The notes under the pieces: generated by a model | Seen by the model: the letters and a program-made list of their open reading frames with translations, nothing else | Databases searched by the model: none | What the model was told of the DNA's origin: nothing | Position numbers and translations under genes: made by a program | Part shown: piece after piece, positions 50,656-59,172 of the stretch | Numbering within the stretch: the stretch's first letter is position 1 | Layout: every line of letters begins with the position of its first letter | Source of the DNA: Nitrosopumilus sp. | Lineage (GTDB): Archaea; Thermoproteota; Nitrososphaeria; Nitrososphaerales; Nitrosopumilaceae | Length of the DNA stretch: 64,000 bases | Direction of reading: 5' to 3' | Assembly (NCBI GenBank): GCA_965207075.1 | Contig: CBDBLO010000002.1 | Location: 1,536,001-1,600,000 of the forward strand

Positions 50656-51792
50656 GTGAGCAGGGCCGGGCGCGGCGCGGCTGCAAAGACTGACAACGAA
50701 AAGTACGTCAGGCGCGGCGCGGATCTGGTCATTGAATATGATCCGGAGTGGGAGGATGACGTAAGGCGCGCAAACGAGGGCAAGGTGGGCGCCCCGTACC
50801 AGTACGCGGACACGCTCATCATGCTGGCCGCCGGCATCAGGGTCGCGCAGGGGGTCCGGTACAGGCAGCTCCAGGGGATGGTCGGCAAGATGATAGGCAG
50901 GTCCAACGCGCCCGTGTTCAGCCAGCTGTGCAAGCGGATCAACGGGCTTGACGCGGACATCCGCCGGGGCCCGGACGGGATGGTGACGGTGTCGGACAGG
51001 GAGGGGCCGCGGGTGCTGGCGCTCGACGCGAGCGGGCTCAAGCAGCACAACAGGGGCGAATGGATGAGGGCCAAGTGGAAGGTGAGGCGGGGCTTTGTAA
51101 AGATGCACGTGCTGGTCGACACGGAGACCATGAAGATACTCGCGCTGGAGGTCACCGACGACTCCGTGGGAGACCCGACCATGTTCGAGTCGCTGCTCGG
51201 ACAGGTCGTGGACGCGGACGGCGCCAATGCGGAGGACGGCACGCGGCACGCGGAGCCGCCCGCCGCGCCCCGCTCCGACGGCGGCGGTCCGAGGTACGAA
51301 AACCTGCTCGCGTCCGGCGTCTCCCCGCTCGCGTCGTTCTTCCCGGGCGCCCCCCGGGACCGGACCGCGCCCGACCTCCTGCTCGGCGATGCCGCGTACG
51401 GCTCAAGAAAAAACATATCCGCGTGCGCGCGGGCCGGGGTGACACCGGGCATTGCGCACACCGTCAACGTGACGGCGCGCGGCAAGGGATCCGGAGACGC
51501 GTGGGGCATGTCGGTAAGGGACCAGATGGGCGGAAGCCCCGACGCGACGCGCCTGGACCTGATGGGCAGGGAGCAGAAGAGGGAGAACCAGACGTACTGG
51601 AAGGCCCGCATAGGCTACGGCTTTCGCTGGCTCGTGGAGAGCGTGTTTTCGGCGTTCAAGCGCCTGTTCGGAGAGCACCTGTTGGCCCTCAAGTGGGAAA
51701 ACATCGTGCAGGAGGTAAAACTCAAGGTGATCCAGTACAACAAGTGGAGGGACGAGTCGATAGTGCGGGAGGCGGGAGGCGGGACGTCCTGA
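50656..51792 (+). CDS. IS5-family DDE transposase
   Basis: LALDASGLK, GFVKMHV, GDAAYGS, YGFRWLVESVFSAFKRLFG; GGAGGGG SD before the GTG. Confidence 0.93.
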   Translation: MSRAGRGAAAKTDNEKYVRRGADLVIEYDPEWEDDVRRANEGKVGAPYQYADTLIMLAAGIRVAQGVRYRQLQGMVGKMIGRSNAPVFSQLCKRINGLDADIRRGPDGMVTVSDREGPRVLALDASGLKQHNRGEWMRAKWKVRRGFVKMHVLVDTETMKILALEVTDDSVGDPTMFESLLGQVVDADGANAEDGTRHAEPPAAPRSDGGGPRYENLLASGVSPLASFFPGAPRDRTAPDLLLGDAAYGSRKNISACARAGVTPGIAHTVNVTARGKGSGDAWGMSVRDQMGGSPDATRLDLMGREQKRENQTYWKARIGYGFRWLVESVFSAFKRLFGEHLLALKWENIVQEVKLKVIQYNKWRDESIVREAGGGTS

Positions 51793-51872
51793 TGGCATGA
51801 CGCCCATGTCGCCGTCCGATAGGGACTCGGCAGGCATCCAGATGGCGAATTAGGAAACAAAGTTCAATCATT

Positions 51873-53132
51873 TAGTCTGTTGCATAACTCAGCACAGCCC
51901 GTCACAAGAGCCATGTCCTGACATGCCGTCTGATGTTCCTACGCTCCTACCTCCTGCCACCTGTTGTACTGGGCCGCCCTGAGTCGTATCTCCTGCACCA
52001 TGTGTTCCCACTTGCGCGAGTGCATGTGGTCCCCGAACATCCTCTTGAACGCGGATATGATTATCTCGATCAGCCACCTCCTGTTGTAGCCCACCCTGCT
52101 CTTCCAGTACCTCTTGTTCTCCTCCCTCTCCTCCATGCCGATGCTGCTTACGCGCGTCTCCGGACTGCCTCCGAGCTGCTCCCGTACCGCCTCGCCCCAC
52201 GCGTCACCCGTGCCCATGCCCCTGGCATTGCACCTTGCCTGGATTGGAATGAGCGGCCTGATGCCCATGTCCTTGCATTCCTGCACGTTGGCCCGTGAGG
52301 CGTATGCCCCGTCTGCCATCAGGCATGCCCCGCGGGAACCGGGCCGCCGGCCGCACAGCAGCGCAAGCGGCGACATGCCTTCTGCAAGGTTGTTGGGCGG
52401 GGGCAGATCCACGCGCGGTATCGGGCCGCCTGCCGCGCCCGTCCTTCCGCGGATTAGCGCCGCGCGCCCGCCCGGCCTTTCCCGCCGTTTACGGTCCCTC
52501 CGCCCCGCCACGGTTCCCAGCAGATCCTCCAGCACCGGGGAGTCGCCCACCTTGTCGTCGGTCACCATCACTGCAAGTATCCTCTTGGTGCCTGCGTCTG
52601 CCAGCAGGTGTATCTTGACAAACCCCCGCCTGACCCTCCACTTTTGGCGTATCCACTCCCCGCGGTTGCACTGCTTGAGGCCCGACGAGTCTGCCAGCAG
52701 CATCATGTGCGCGCTCCCGTCCGAGACGCGGACAAGGCCGCCGTCGATGTCCACGTCAAGGCGGTTTATCCTCCTGCACAGTATGGAGTAGTGCGGCGAG
52801 TCATGTCCCTCCAGCATCGCTGCAAGGAACCCGGACAGCTGCCTGTACTGCATTCCCAGCGCGGTCCTCAGCGCGGCCGCGGCCATGATCAGCCCGTCGG
52901 CATACCTGAACGGGGCGCCCTCCTTGGAGCAGTTGGCCTCCGTCAGGTCTTCCTCCCAGCCCGGATCATGGGCCACTGCCAGCCCCTTTCCGCGCCTGAC
53001 GTATTTTGCATTGTCAGTTGCCAACAGATATCGTATCCAGCCGTGATCTTTAGCTTTTTCGGTTTGGCGTGGTTAGATCAGCGGGTCATCTGTATTGCAC
53101 CGGGCAATTCTGGGGAGTTATGCAACAGACTA
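51873..53132 (-). mobile_element. IS5-family insertion sequence B (1260 bp)
   Basis: Perfect 18-bp TIRs TAGTCTGTTGCATAACTC (51873-51890) / GAGTTATGCAACAGACTA (53115-53132); flanked by CAATCATT. Confidence 0.94.
51939..53024 (-). CDS. IS5-family DDE transposase
   Basis: LADSSGLK, GFVKIHL, ADGAYAS, YNRRWLIEIIISAFKRMFG. Confidence 0.93.
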   Translation of the reverse strand: MATDNAKYVRRGKGLAVAHDPGWEEDLTEANCSKEGAPFRYADGLIMAAAALRTALGMQYRQLSGFLAAMLEGHDSPHYSILCRRINRLDVDIDGGLVRVSDGSAHMMLLADSSGLKQCNRGEWIRQKWRVRRGFVKIHLLADAGTKRILAVMVTDDKVGDSPVLEDLLGTVAGRRDRKRRERPGGRAALIRGRTGAAGGPIPRVDLPPPNNLAEGMSPLALLCGRRPGSRGACLMADGAYASRANVQECKDMGIRPLIPIQARCNARGMGTGDAWGEAVREQLGGSPETRVSSIGMEEREENKRYWKSRVGYNRRWLIEIIISAFKRMFGDHMHSRKWEHMVQEIRLRAAQYNRWQEVGA

Positions 53133-53462
53133 CAATCATTCACGGTAACTGCCGACCCGCGGTTACAAACCCGTCGGCGTCTGTCAGAGGCAACCACCAG
53201 AATACCAGTTTGCCACGGCGGCACGCACCCATATGGCCGCGTATCAGGGACGCGCTCGAGTTGCGGCCCGACGGCGCGTATAACCTGCAGAGTCCAAAGC
53301 CGTCGGCAATGCGGCGCGCCGCCGAGCCTCCCGCCGGAGGGCAACCGACGCAGGCCGCTTCCATTCAGGATGGTCGCTTGTCTGACGCACCCCGCCAGGC
53401 CACCGCATCGCGTCACCTTTCCGCAGATTGTCATTCGTTAATAACCCCCGCCCTGCCACAAC

Positions 53463-54209
53463 ATGCCGATGAATGACAACGTCAAGAATGTCATCTACGC
53501 GGTTGCGGCTGTGTTGGTGACTGTTCCTGCATTGCATTACGCGGGAGATTACGTCCAGTTTCACCGGCACATGATGGGCCTCGACATTGACGACGGCTCC
53601 TGCGATGCTGCCTGCGCGGCAGAGCTCATGACCGGGTGGTATGACGAGTATGAAGAAGGCTATGCGTGCGTGGAGGTCAGCCCGGACAGGTACGTCTGCC
53701 GGCCACCGCGCGGGGCCGACAACCTCCTGAGGGAAGGCTACCAACCCATGCAGATAGCGGCGCCCAACTTGTCGCACGGCGAAATCTTTGTTGTCGCGGC
53801 CGACGGCAGCGACAGAGGCTTCTACCAAGTCGGCGAGGTGGTCTTGGTTGACAAGCAAGCGGACATAATCACGATCAGCTTTTACGCCCCCGAGCCGGCA
53901 GGTGACAGTGACGCAATCCACATGGCCCAGATGTCGCCCGGCGACACCTACGTGCAGTGTCATCTGGAGATGCAAGACCTCTTCCATCTGGTGGAGTACA
54001 CAGGGACGTTTGATCTGGACGGGACGACGATGGCGGAGTTCTGGGCCGCCCACATAGGGCCCCAGCCGCCCGAGCTGTCGCCGTGCGACCCCAAGAAGGT
54101 AATCAGCAGGAGCCTCCAGATTGACTACGATCTGGGGCTGCCCCCGTACGAGGAATTCGAGCGCGTGTTCATGGAAAAGCAGTCGCGGCAGCACGGCCCG
54201 CTCCCGTGA
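53463..54209 (+). CDS. Hypothetical secreted/membrane-anchored protein
   Basis: N-terminal hydrophobic segment; paired Cys; TTAATAA ~20 nt upstream. Confidence 0.7.
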   Translation: MPMNDNVKNVIYAVAAVLVTVPALHYAGDYVQFHRHMMGLDIDDGSCDAACAAELMTGWYDEYEEGYACVEVSPDRYVCRPPRGADNLLREGYQPMQIAAPNLSHGEIFVVAADGSDRGFYQVGEVVLVDKQADIITISFYAPEPAGDSDAIHMAQMSPGDTYVQCHLEMQDLFHLVEYTGTFDLDGTTMAEFWAAHIGPQPPELSPCDPKKVISRSLQIDYDLGLPPYEEFERVFMEKQSRQHGPLP

Positions 54210-54381
54210 TTTTCGCTTGACGCCGCGTTCGGCCTTTGCGTGCATGATCTGCAGAGTGCGGTCTATTTTTAGGCGGCTGCCGGAACTCCCGTTGTCGGTA
54301 TCGGGATGGCGTCCGTAGTACAAAAAAGGAGGCGGGCCTGCTCACAAGGTTTAAACCGATACCGCATGTGACAACAGCGGC

Positions 54382-54786
54382 TTGGGCGAGAGCGGCAGCG
54401 TAATCAGCGTGATCGAGGAGTTCTTCAGGGCGGGGATCACAAAGGACCTGTCGAGGCTCGGGGAGATACAGCTTGACGACTCGAGGTTCTCGAGCTTCAG
54501 CGACCTGCCGCCGTACGACCTCAAGGGGTACAGGGAGACCATTGAGCTCGAAGAGCTGCGCTTTGTGAGCATATCGGACTATTCATACGAGATAAAGAAC
54601 CCAAAGATAAGCGTGTACGATGACGCGGCGGTGGTGGCAGCAGAACTGGTGCAGACCGGCATGCTGGTAGACAACAAGTCGTTTACAGGCAAGCACATGA
54701 CCGTGTCGGGACGAGCGACGTTCGTACTGATAAAGGATGGCGCCGCATGGAAGATAGTCCACATACACCTCTCAAGGACGGACTGA
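54382..54786 (+). CDS. NTF2/SnoaL-like fold protein
   Basis: DDAAVV, GRATFVL.K....WKIVHIHLS C-terminal signature; TTTAAA ~30 nt upstream. Confidence 0.8.
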   Translation: MGESGSVISVIEEFFRAGITKDLSRLGEIQLDDSRFSSFSDLPPYDLKGYRETIELEELRFVSISDYSYEIKNPKISVYDDAAVVAAELVQTGMLVDNKSFTGKHMTVSGRATFVLIKDGAAWKIVHIHLSRTD

Positions 54787-54829
54787 CCGGGAGGTTAGAA
54801 GCTGCTGGCGTCCTCGTCATCGTCGCGCG

Positions 54830-56026
54830 CTAGCCGGACTTTGCCAAGTCAAGATACATGCGATACGCCTGGTCCACGTCGTTTGCGCCGTGAACGATGG
54901 AGCGGACCGCGCGTATCATTGCGACCGGGTGGTCTGACTGCCATATGTTGCGCCCCATGTCCACCCCTACCGCGCCCCCGCGTATGGAATTGTATGTGAG
55001 CTCCAGCGCGTCCCGCTCGGGTATCTTTTTCCCGCCGGCAACTATAATCGGGACGGGGCACGACCTTGTGACCTTTTCAAAGTCCTCGCAATAGTACGTC
55101 TTTACAATGTGCGCGCCCTGCTCGGCGGCGATCCTGCACGCAAGCGACAGGTATCTGGCGTCCTTGCCGAGTTCCTTGCCGACTGCCGTGACGGCGAGTA
55201 CCGGGATGCCGTACTCCTGCGCCTGGCCTACAAGCCGACCTAGATTCGCTATGGTCTGGTACTCGTACTTTGAGCCGACAAAGATGGAGAGCGCAAGGGC
55301 CGAGGCGTTGAGCCTTATGGCGTCCTGTATGGATACCGTGACATCCTCCTGTGATAGATCCTCCCCTATGATGCTAGAACCGCCGGATACGCGAAGTACC
55401 ATTGGGGTCCGGGTGGTCGGAGGAACCGACGTGCGCTGGACTCCGCGCGTCAGCATGAGCGAGTCGCAGTATTCCAAGAGGGGGGCTATGACCCTGTCGG
55501 GCTCCTCGAGCCTCTCAGTGGGCCCTAGAAAGTATCCGTGATCCACGGCAAGCATAAGGGCGCGGTTGTCCTCGGGCCTGATTATGGATGCCATTCTGTT
55601 TGCAAGCCCCCAGTCCATTCCGCCAAGATTCGGGCCGCGCGTGGCAACAACAGTGGCGGCTGAGTTGGCAGTCGTCGTCGCAGCACCGTTCCGTCCTTTC
55701 TGCGGCTTGGAGTTCGGTGTCTTTGTCGCCCGTTTTGGCTCGGGGGCAGATGCGGGTTTTGTCTTGGTAGGATTCGGGGCCGCCGCCTCTGCGGCCGTCG
55801 CGGCGTATCCGGAGTGGACGGTTGCCAGCCTCTCCTTGCCTGCCTTTGAGCGCGGCTTTGTCCTGAGCTTGGTACCGCAGCACTGGCAGTGCATGTTTGC
55901 AGTGTCAAAGAACACGCCGCACGTGTTGCAGCGGCGCTGCCCCACCTCGTATCTGCCCCTGCCGTCGGCCGGCTTGGAGGCCTTTGAATCGACACACATC
56001 TGCTTGCACTCCAACACTGAACGCAT
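54830..56026 (-). CDS. Zn-ribbon domain fused to an LsrF-like class I aldolase/thiolase
   Basis: Aldolase domain begins MDWGL at 55618 (MLAVDHGY, IVKTYY, AGGKK, MGRNIWQ); in-frame N-terminal CxxxC/CxxC/CxCC domain; likely start TTG 56014. Confidence 0.88.
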   Translation of the reverse strand: MRSVLECKQMCVDSKASKPADGRGRYEVGQRRCNTCGVFFDTANMHCQCCGTKLRTKPRSKAGKERLATVHSGYAATAAEAAAPNPTKTKPASAPEPKRATKTPNSKPQKGRNGAATTTANSAATVVATRGPNLGGMDWGLANRMASIIRPEDNRALMLAVDHGYFLGPTERLEEPDRVIAPLLEYCDSLMLTRGVQRTSVPPTTRTPMVLRVSGGSSIIGEDLSQEDVTVSIQDAIRLNASALALSIFVGSKYEYQTIANLGRLVGQAQEYGIPVLAVTAVGKELGKDARYLSLACRIAAEQGAHIVKTYYCEDFEKVTRSCPVPIIVAGGKKIPERDALELTYNSIRGGAVGVDMGRNIWQSDHPVAMIRAVRSIVHGANDVDQAYRMYLDLAKSG

Positions 56027-56069
56027 GCCGCCCGTCTAAATATAAGCCTAGACGGGTGGCCGCCGCGGG

Positions 56070-57149
56070 TCAGTCGCCCGTAATTATTATCTTCATCGCC
56101 CCGTCTCCCGCGCGCGCGTGCTCAAACGCCCTCTGCGAGTCGGACAGGCCGTAGGAGTGCGTGACGAGCCGGCCGACGTCGATCTTTCCAGACTCGATCA
56201 GTTCGAGTGCCTCGGCGGTATCGCGGTCAGACGCGGCATAGCTTGTAAGAAGGGTGATCTCGCGCGAGTAGATGTCGGCCATGTCTGCCTCCATCGTCGC
56301 GCCCTTTGACGGCACGCCGAACATCATCACCGTGCCGCCCTTGCGCGTCATGGATATCGCGTCCGCGAGGGCCTGAATGCTGCTCGTGGCCACTATCGAC
56401 ACGTCGGCGCCAAGCCCCCCGCTCTGGCCCAGTATCACGTCCCGCCGCGAGCCGTCATCGGAGCGCACCGTCCGTACGGCCGACGGGGAGTCCTCTCCCA
56501 TTACACCCGATGCAAACTGCAGGCGGTAGTCGTTCAGGTCAAGGCACGTTATGCTCGACGAGTTCCGCATCGCCGCAAGCATGACGTGCATTATACCGGT
56601 CGGCCCCACGCCGTACACTGCCACGCTGTCCCCAGGACGGTGGTCGATCTTGCGCCACGCCCTCACGCAGCACGCAAGCGGCTCTATCATCGCGGCCTCG
56701 GCAAACGTGGTGGAGTCAGACAGCTTTAGGACGCCCCCGTGCGAGACGTTCCATGCAGGAACCACGTACCGCTCCGAGAGGCCGCACGGCGACAGGTTGG
56801 TCTCGTAGTATCTCGGGCACATGGTCTCCTGTCCGTGCGCGCATAGGTGGCACGAGTAGCACGGGACGTGGTGATGCGTAAAGACCCTGTCGCCCCTGGA
56901 GAACCCTACGGGGCGTGCGCCGCCATCGGGGTCGTCAGCGACAGGCTCCCCCACGTCCGCCACGACCCCGGCAGGCTCGTGGCCGAGCCGCATCGACGGC
57001 TGCCCGTACTGCCCGAACACCTTCTCAAGGTCAGAGCCGCATATGCCACAGGCCTTCATCTCGACTACGAGTTCGCCGGGCCCCGGCCTGGCATCCTCAT
57101 TATCAAGCACCCTCACCTGCGATGGCCCCGCCACCGTTACGGTCTTCAT
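56070..57149 (-). CDS. Zn-dependent alcohol/polyol dehydrogenase (MDR family)
   Basis: CGICGSD, GHE, CxxCxxC.......C, GVGPTG. Confidence 0.92.
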   Translation of the reverse strand: MKTVTVAGPSQVRVLDNEDARPGPGELVVEMKACGICGSDLEKVFGQYGQPSMRLGHEPAGVVADVGEPVADDPDGGARPVGFSRGDRVFTHHHVPCYSCHLCAHGQETMCPRYYETNLSPCGLSERYVVPAWNVSHGGVLKLSDSTTFAEAAMIEPLACCVRAWRKIDHRPGDSVAVYGVGPTGIMHVMLAAMRNSSSITCLDLNDYRLQFASGVMGEDSPSAVRTVRSDDGSRRDVILGQSGGLGADVSIVATSSIQALADAISMTRKGGTVMMFGVPSKGATMEADMADIYSREITLLTSYAASDRDTAEALELIESGKIDVGRLVTHSYGLSDSQRAFEHARAGDGAMKIIITGD

Positions 57150-57218
57150 TAGAATCGGATGCGCGCGGCCAGCCATAAATAGAATGCCAATTGGGTCACC
57201 GCTAGCAGACGCTGGCAG

Positions 57219-57512
57219 TCAGACCCCAAGGATCTTTTTTAGCATCGCCCTGTAGTCGACCTCTGTCTTTTCGCTTCCGGCCGCAGGCAGTGCAAACACT
57301 AGGGCGGACTTTTCTGCGCGCAGCGCCGTCAGCGCGTCCCCGATCTCCTTTGTCACGTCGTCGCTTACCAGCACCAGCCCCACATCGGAGTCGTCGGTCA
57401 GCTTGCGTATGTGCCCGAGCGCCTCGCGCGGATCCTCGGATATCACGCCCTGGACCCCAGCAAGCTGAAAGCTAGTAACAAATGACTTGCTACCAACCGT
57501 GACTACTTTCAT
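57219..57512 (-). CDS. atpF: A/V-type ATP synthase subunit F
   Basis: VG....VT.F.LAGV motif, 97 aa, ends LKKILGV. Confidence 0.88.
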   Translation of the reverse strand: MKVVTVGSKSFVTSFQLAGVQGVISEDPREALGHIRKLTDDSDVGLVLVSDDVTKEIGDALTALRAEKSALVFALPAAGSEKTEVDYRAMLKKILGV

Positions 57513-57547
57513 GCCCTGCCGACTGCCCGTTCCAATTTAACCCTATT

Positions 57548-57784
57548 GCGGCCGCCGTCGTCTTCGAGGGGGATCGCCCCCTCCCCCTTGCGCACCATGC
57601 ATGTGCTCTGGAACCCCGATGCGCAAGGTGGATCTCGATACGGAACAGGGCCGTGCGCACACTCTTGTGCCCATCAGTTGGCCGCCGGCTCACGCTCAGG
57701 CCGTTGAAGTTCTACACCCAGAATGGCAGGACATGGAGAGTCCGGAAACGAATGCGGGATAGACCCGAGGGTGCGTATGGCCGC
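57548..57784 (+). ncRNA. Candidate structured non-coding RNA (~240 nt), family unassigned
   Basis: Ends pair (GCGGCCG/TGGCCGC, extended by GTCTTCG/CGAGGGT with G-U pairs); internal stems 57586-57594/57620-57628 and 57566-57572/57577-57583; no convincing ORF. Confidence 0.55.
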
Positions 57785-57840
57785 CACGCGGATCACGTTA
57801 GTCAGAAAGGTTGATTTACCGCCAGTCTCGACCGCACTGC

Positions 57841-58140
57841 ATGGCAGAGTACGACACTACAAAAGACGTCTACCTCTTCTTACACGGCAGGATGGACCTC
57901 AGGGAAAAGGCGACGGCCGCCCTGACATCCTCGGGATTTGATGCGGACAAGATAACAATGGCAAGGCCAGATGCCGTGGGGAACGTGGACGACTACATGG
58001 CCATGCTCTGGATGCCGCCCAACCCGGATCACATAAAGATACAGCGCATAACAAAGGTCGAGCAGGTGGAGCCGGAGGGCATGATAGGACTGTGGAAGGG
58101 CGTATCCAGCGACGTGATAGATACAATACCGCTTGGGTGA
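57841..58140 (+). CDS. Hypothetical protein
   Basis: MAEYDTTKDVYLFLHGRMDL...; typical codon usage. Confidence 0.75.
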   Translation: MAEYDTTKDVYLFLHGRMDLREKATAALTSSGFDADKITMARPDAVGNVDDYMAMLWMPPNPDHIKIQRITKVEQVEPEGMIGLWKGVSSDVIDTIPLG

Positions 58141-58141
58141 G

Positions 58142-58441
58142 CTAGCTAAAGCCGGCCCCGAACTCGGAGCCCTGGTCAAGTATGCTTGTGCCCCGGCCGC
58201 GACTGCCGCCGCTCTCATCAGAGGCCTTCATCTTACGGTACAAGAGGGCCTCGTATACGACGTTCAACGCCTTTTCGTCCTTGTTCTCGTCGGATTCTGA
58301 AATGCCGCATGCGTCAAGGCGCACCTGCCGCGCATACGGCTCAAGCTTGCCGTGGTCCTGCTCGTCGGCAGGGATCCCGTCGTGCAGCATCAGGTTTGCC
58401 AGTCTCTCCACTTCTGAGTTGATTCCGATCTCATCGGGCAT
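58142..58441 (-). CDS. Hypothetical protein
   Basis: Convergent ORF ending GSEFGAGFS; start uncertain (58441 or 58465). Confidence 0.65.
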   Translation of the reverse strand: MPDEIGINSEVERLANLMLHDGIPADEQDHGKLEPYARQVRLDACGISESDENKDEKALNVVYEALLYRKMKASDESGGSRGRGTSILDQGSEFGAGFS

Positions 58442-58588
58442 CTGCACGCATTCCTCCCATGTCAACTATGGATACGCGCAGGAACCCTATTAACTGTGGC
58501 ATTTGGGAAGGGGCGCCAGCCCATGACCAGACATCCCCGTGATACGCCAACGGCGACAACCACCTACAGAGACAGCAGCGCAGGTGCC

Positions 58589-58963
58589 TTATAGTTCCGG
58601 CACGAGCCCCCGTACAAAATCGTCAAACTCCTCGTCGCCAAACACAATCACCTCGGCCTTTCCAGAGTCCAACGCAACGCGGGCCGACTTTATGTGATAG
58701 CACGATGGATCCCCGCCGCGCGTCATCGCAAAATAGAACGCGCGGCACGAGCAGAACCCCATGCCCGAGTCCACCCAGTGCTCGCCCCCCTTTCCCACCA
58801 CGGTCATTACGCTCCTCCCACTCGGTTCAAACCGGTGCACCTTCACCCTGCCTGCCGACGCGGTAGATAGGGCCCTGGCGGCAGCGGAATCCGGGGGGGC
58901 GTCGGCCTCCGTACCAGCTGCTGCCGAGGAAGAGTCATGCGCGCTCACAACGGTTAGTCGCAT
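58589..58963 (-). CDS. SWIM-type zinc-finger protein
   Basis: CSC...CYH (CxCxnCxH). Confidence 0.8.
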   Translation of the reverse strand: MRLTVVSAHDSSSAAAGTEADAPPDSAAARALSTASAGRVKVHRFEPSGRSVMTVVGKGGEHWVDSGMGFCSCRAFYFAMTRGGDPSCYHIKSARVALDSGKAEVIVFGDEEFDDFVRGLVPEL

Positions 58964-59172
58964 GCGGTGCGTATAACGCTATGTCCCATCCAAGGATACC
59001 CGGGGCGGCCCATCATGCGTGCGGAGCGCGTGGCGGCGGTGGCTGCCGGCGAGGGGTCCGGCGGCAGCGGAGCCGCAAGGCACCTGCGCACCACGGGCGT
59101 GTCCCTGTCCGTCGCGCGCTGTCGTCACGGCGCTTGGCGGCGCCTATTCTCAGACCACCGTCGTCGTCGTCG

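Larger units (their letters stand above)
50438..51864 (+). mobile_element. IS5-family insertion sequence A (1427 bp)
   Basis: 17-bp imperfect TIRs AATTCTGTTTCCTAATT (50438-50454) / AATTAGGAAACAAAGTT (51848-51864), 15/17 match; flanked by CAATCATT. Confidence 0.92.

Noticed and set aside
50430-53140. Composite transposon or CRISPR-like array
   Set aside because: Outer TIRs are of different types and there is no passenger gene. The repeats are only 8 bp and are explained as TSDs; no cas genes are in the window.
53145-53180. Alternative hairpins right of IS-B (GTAACTGC/GCGGTTAC vs GCCGAC/GTCGGC)
   Set aside because: Short stems are common at this GC content and there is no independent support.
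57548-57784. 5S rRNA, SRP RNA, RNase P RNA or tRNA
   Set aside because: The minus strand starts GGCGGCCATA like 5S, but later 5S motifs are absent. No SRP helix-8, RNase P conserved regions or TTCRA T-loop were recognised.
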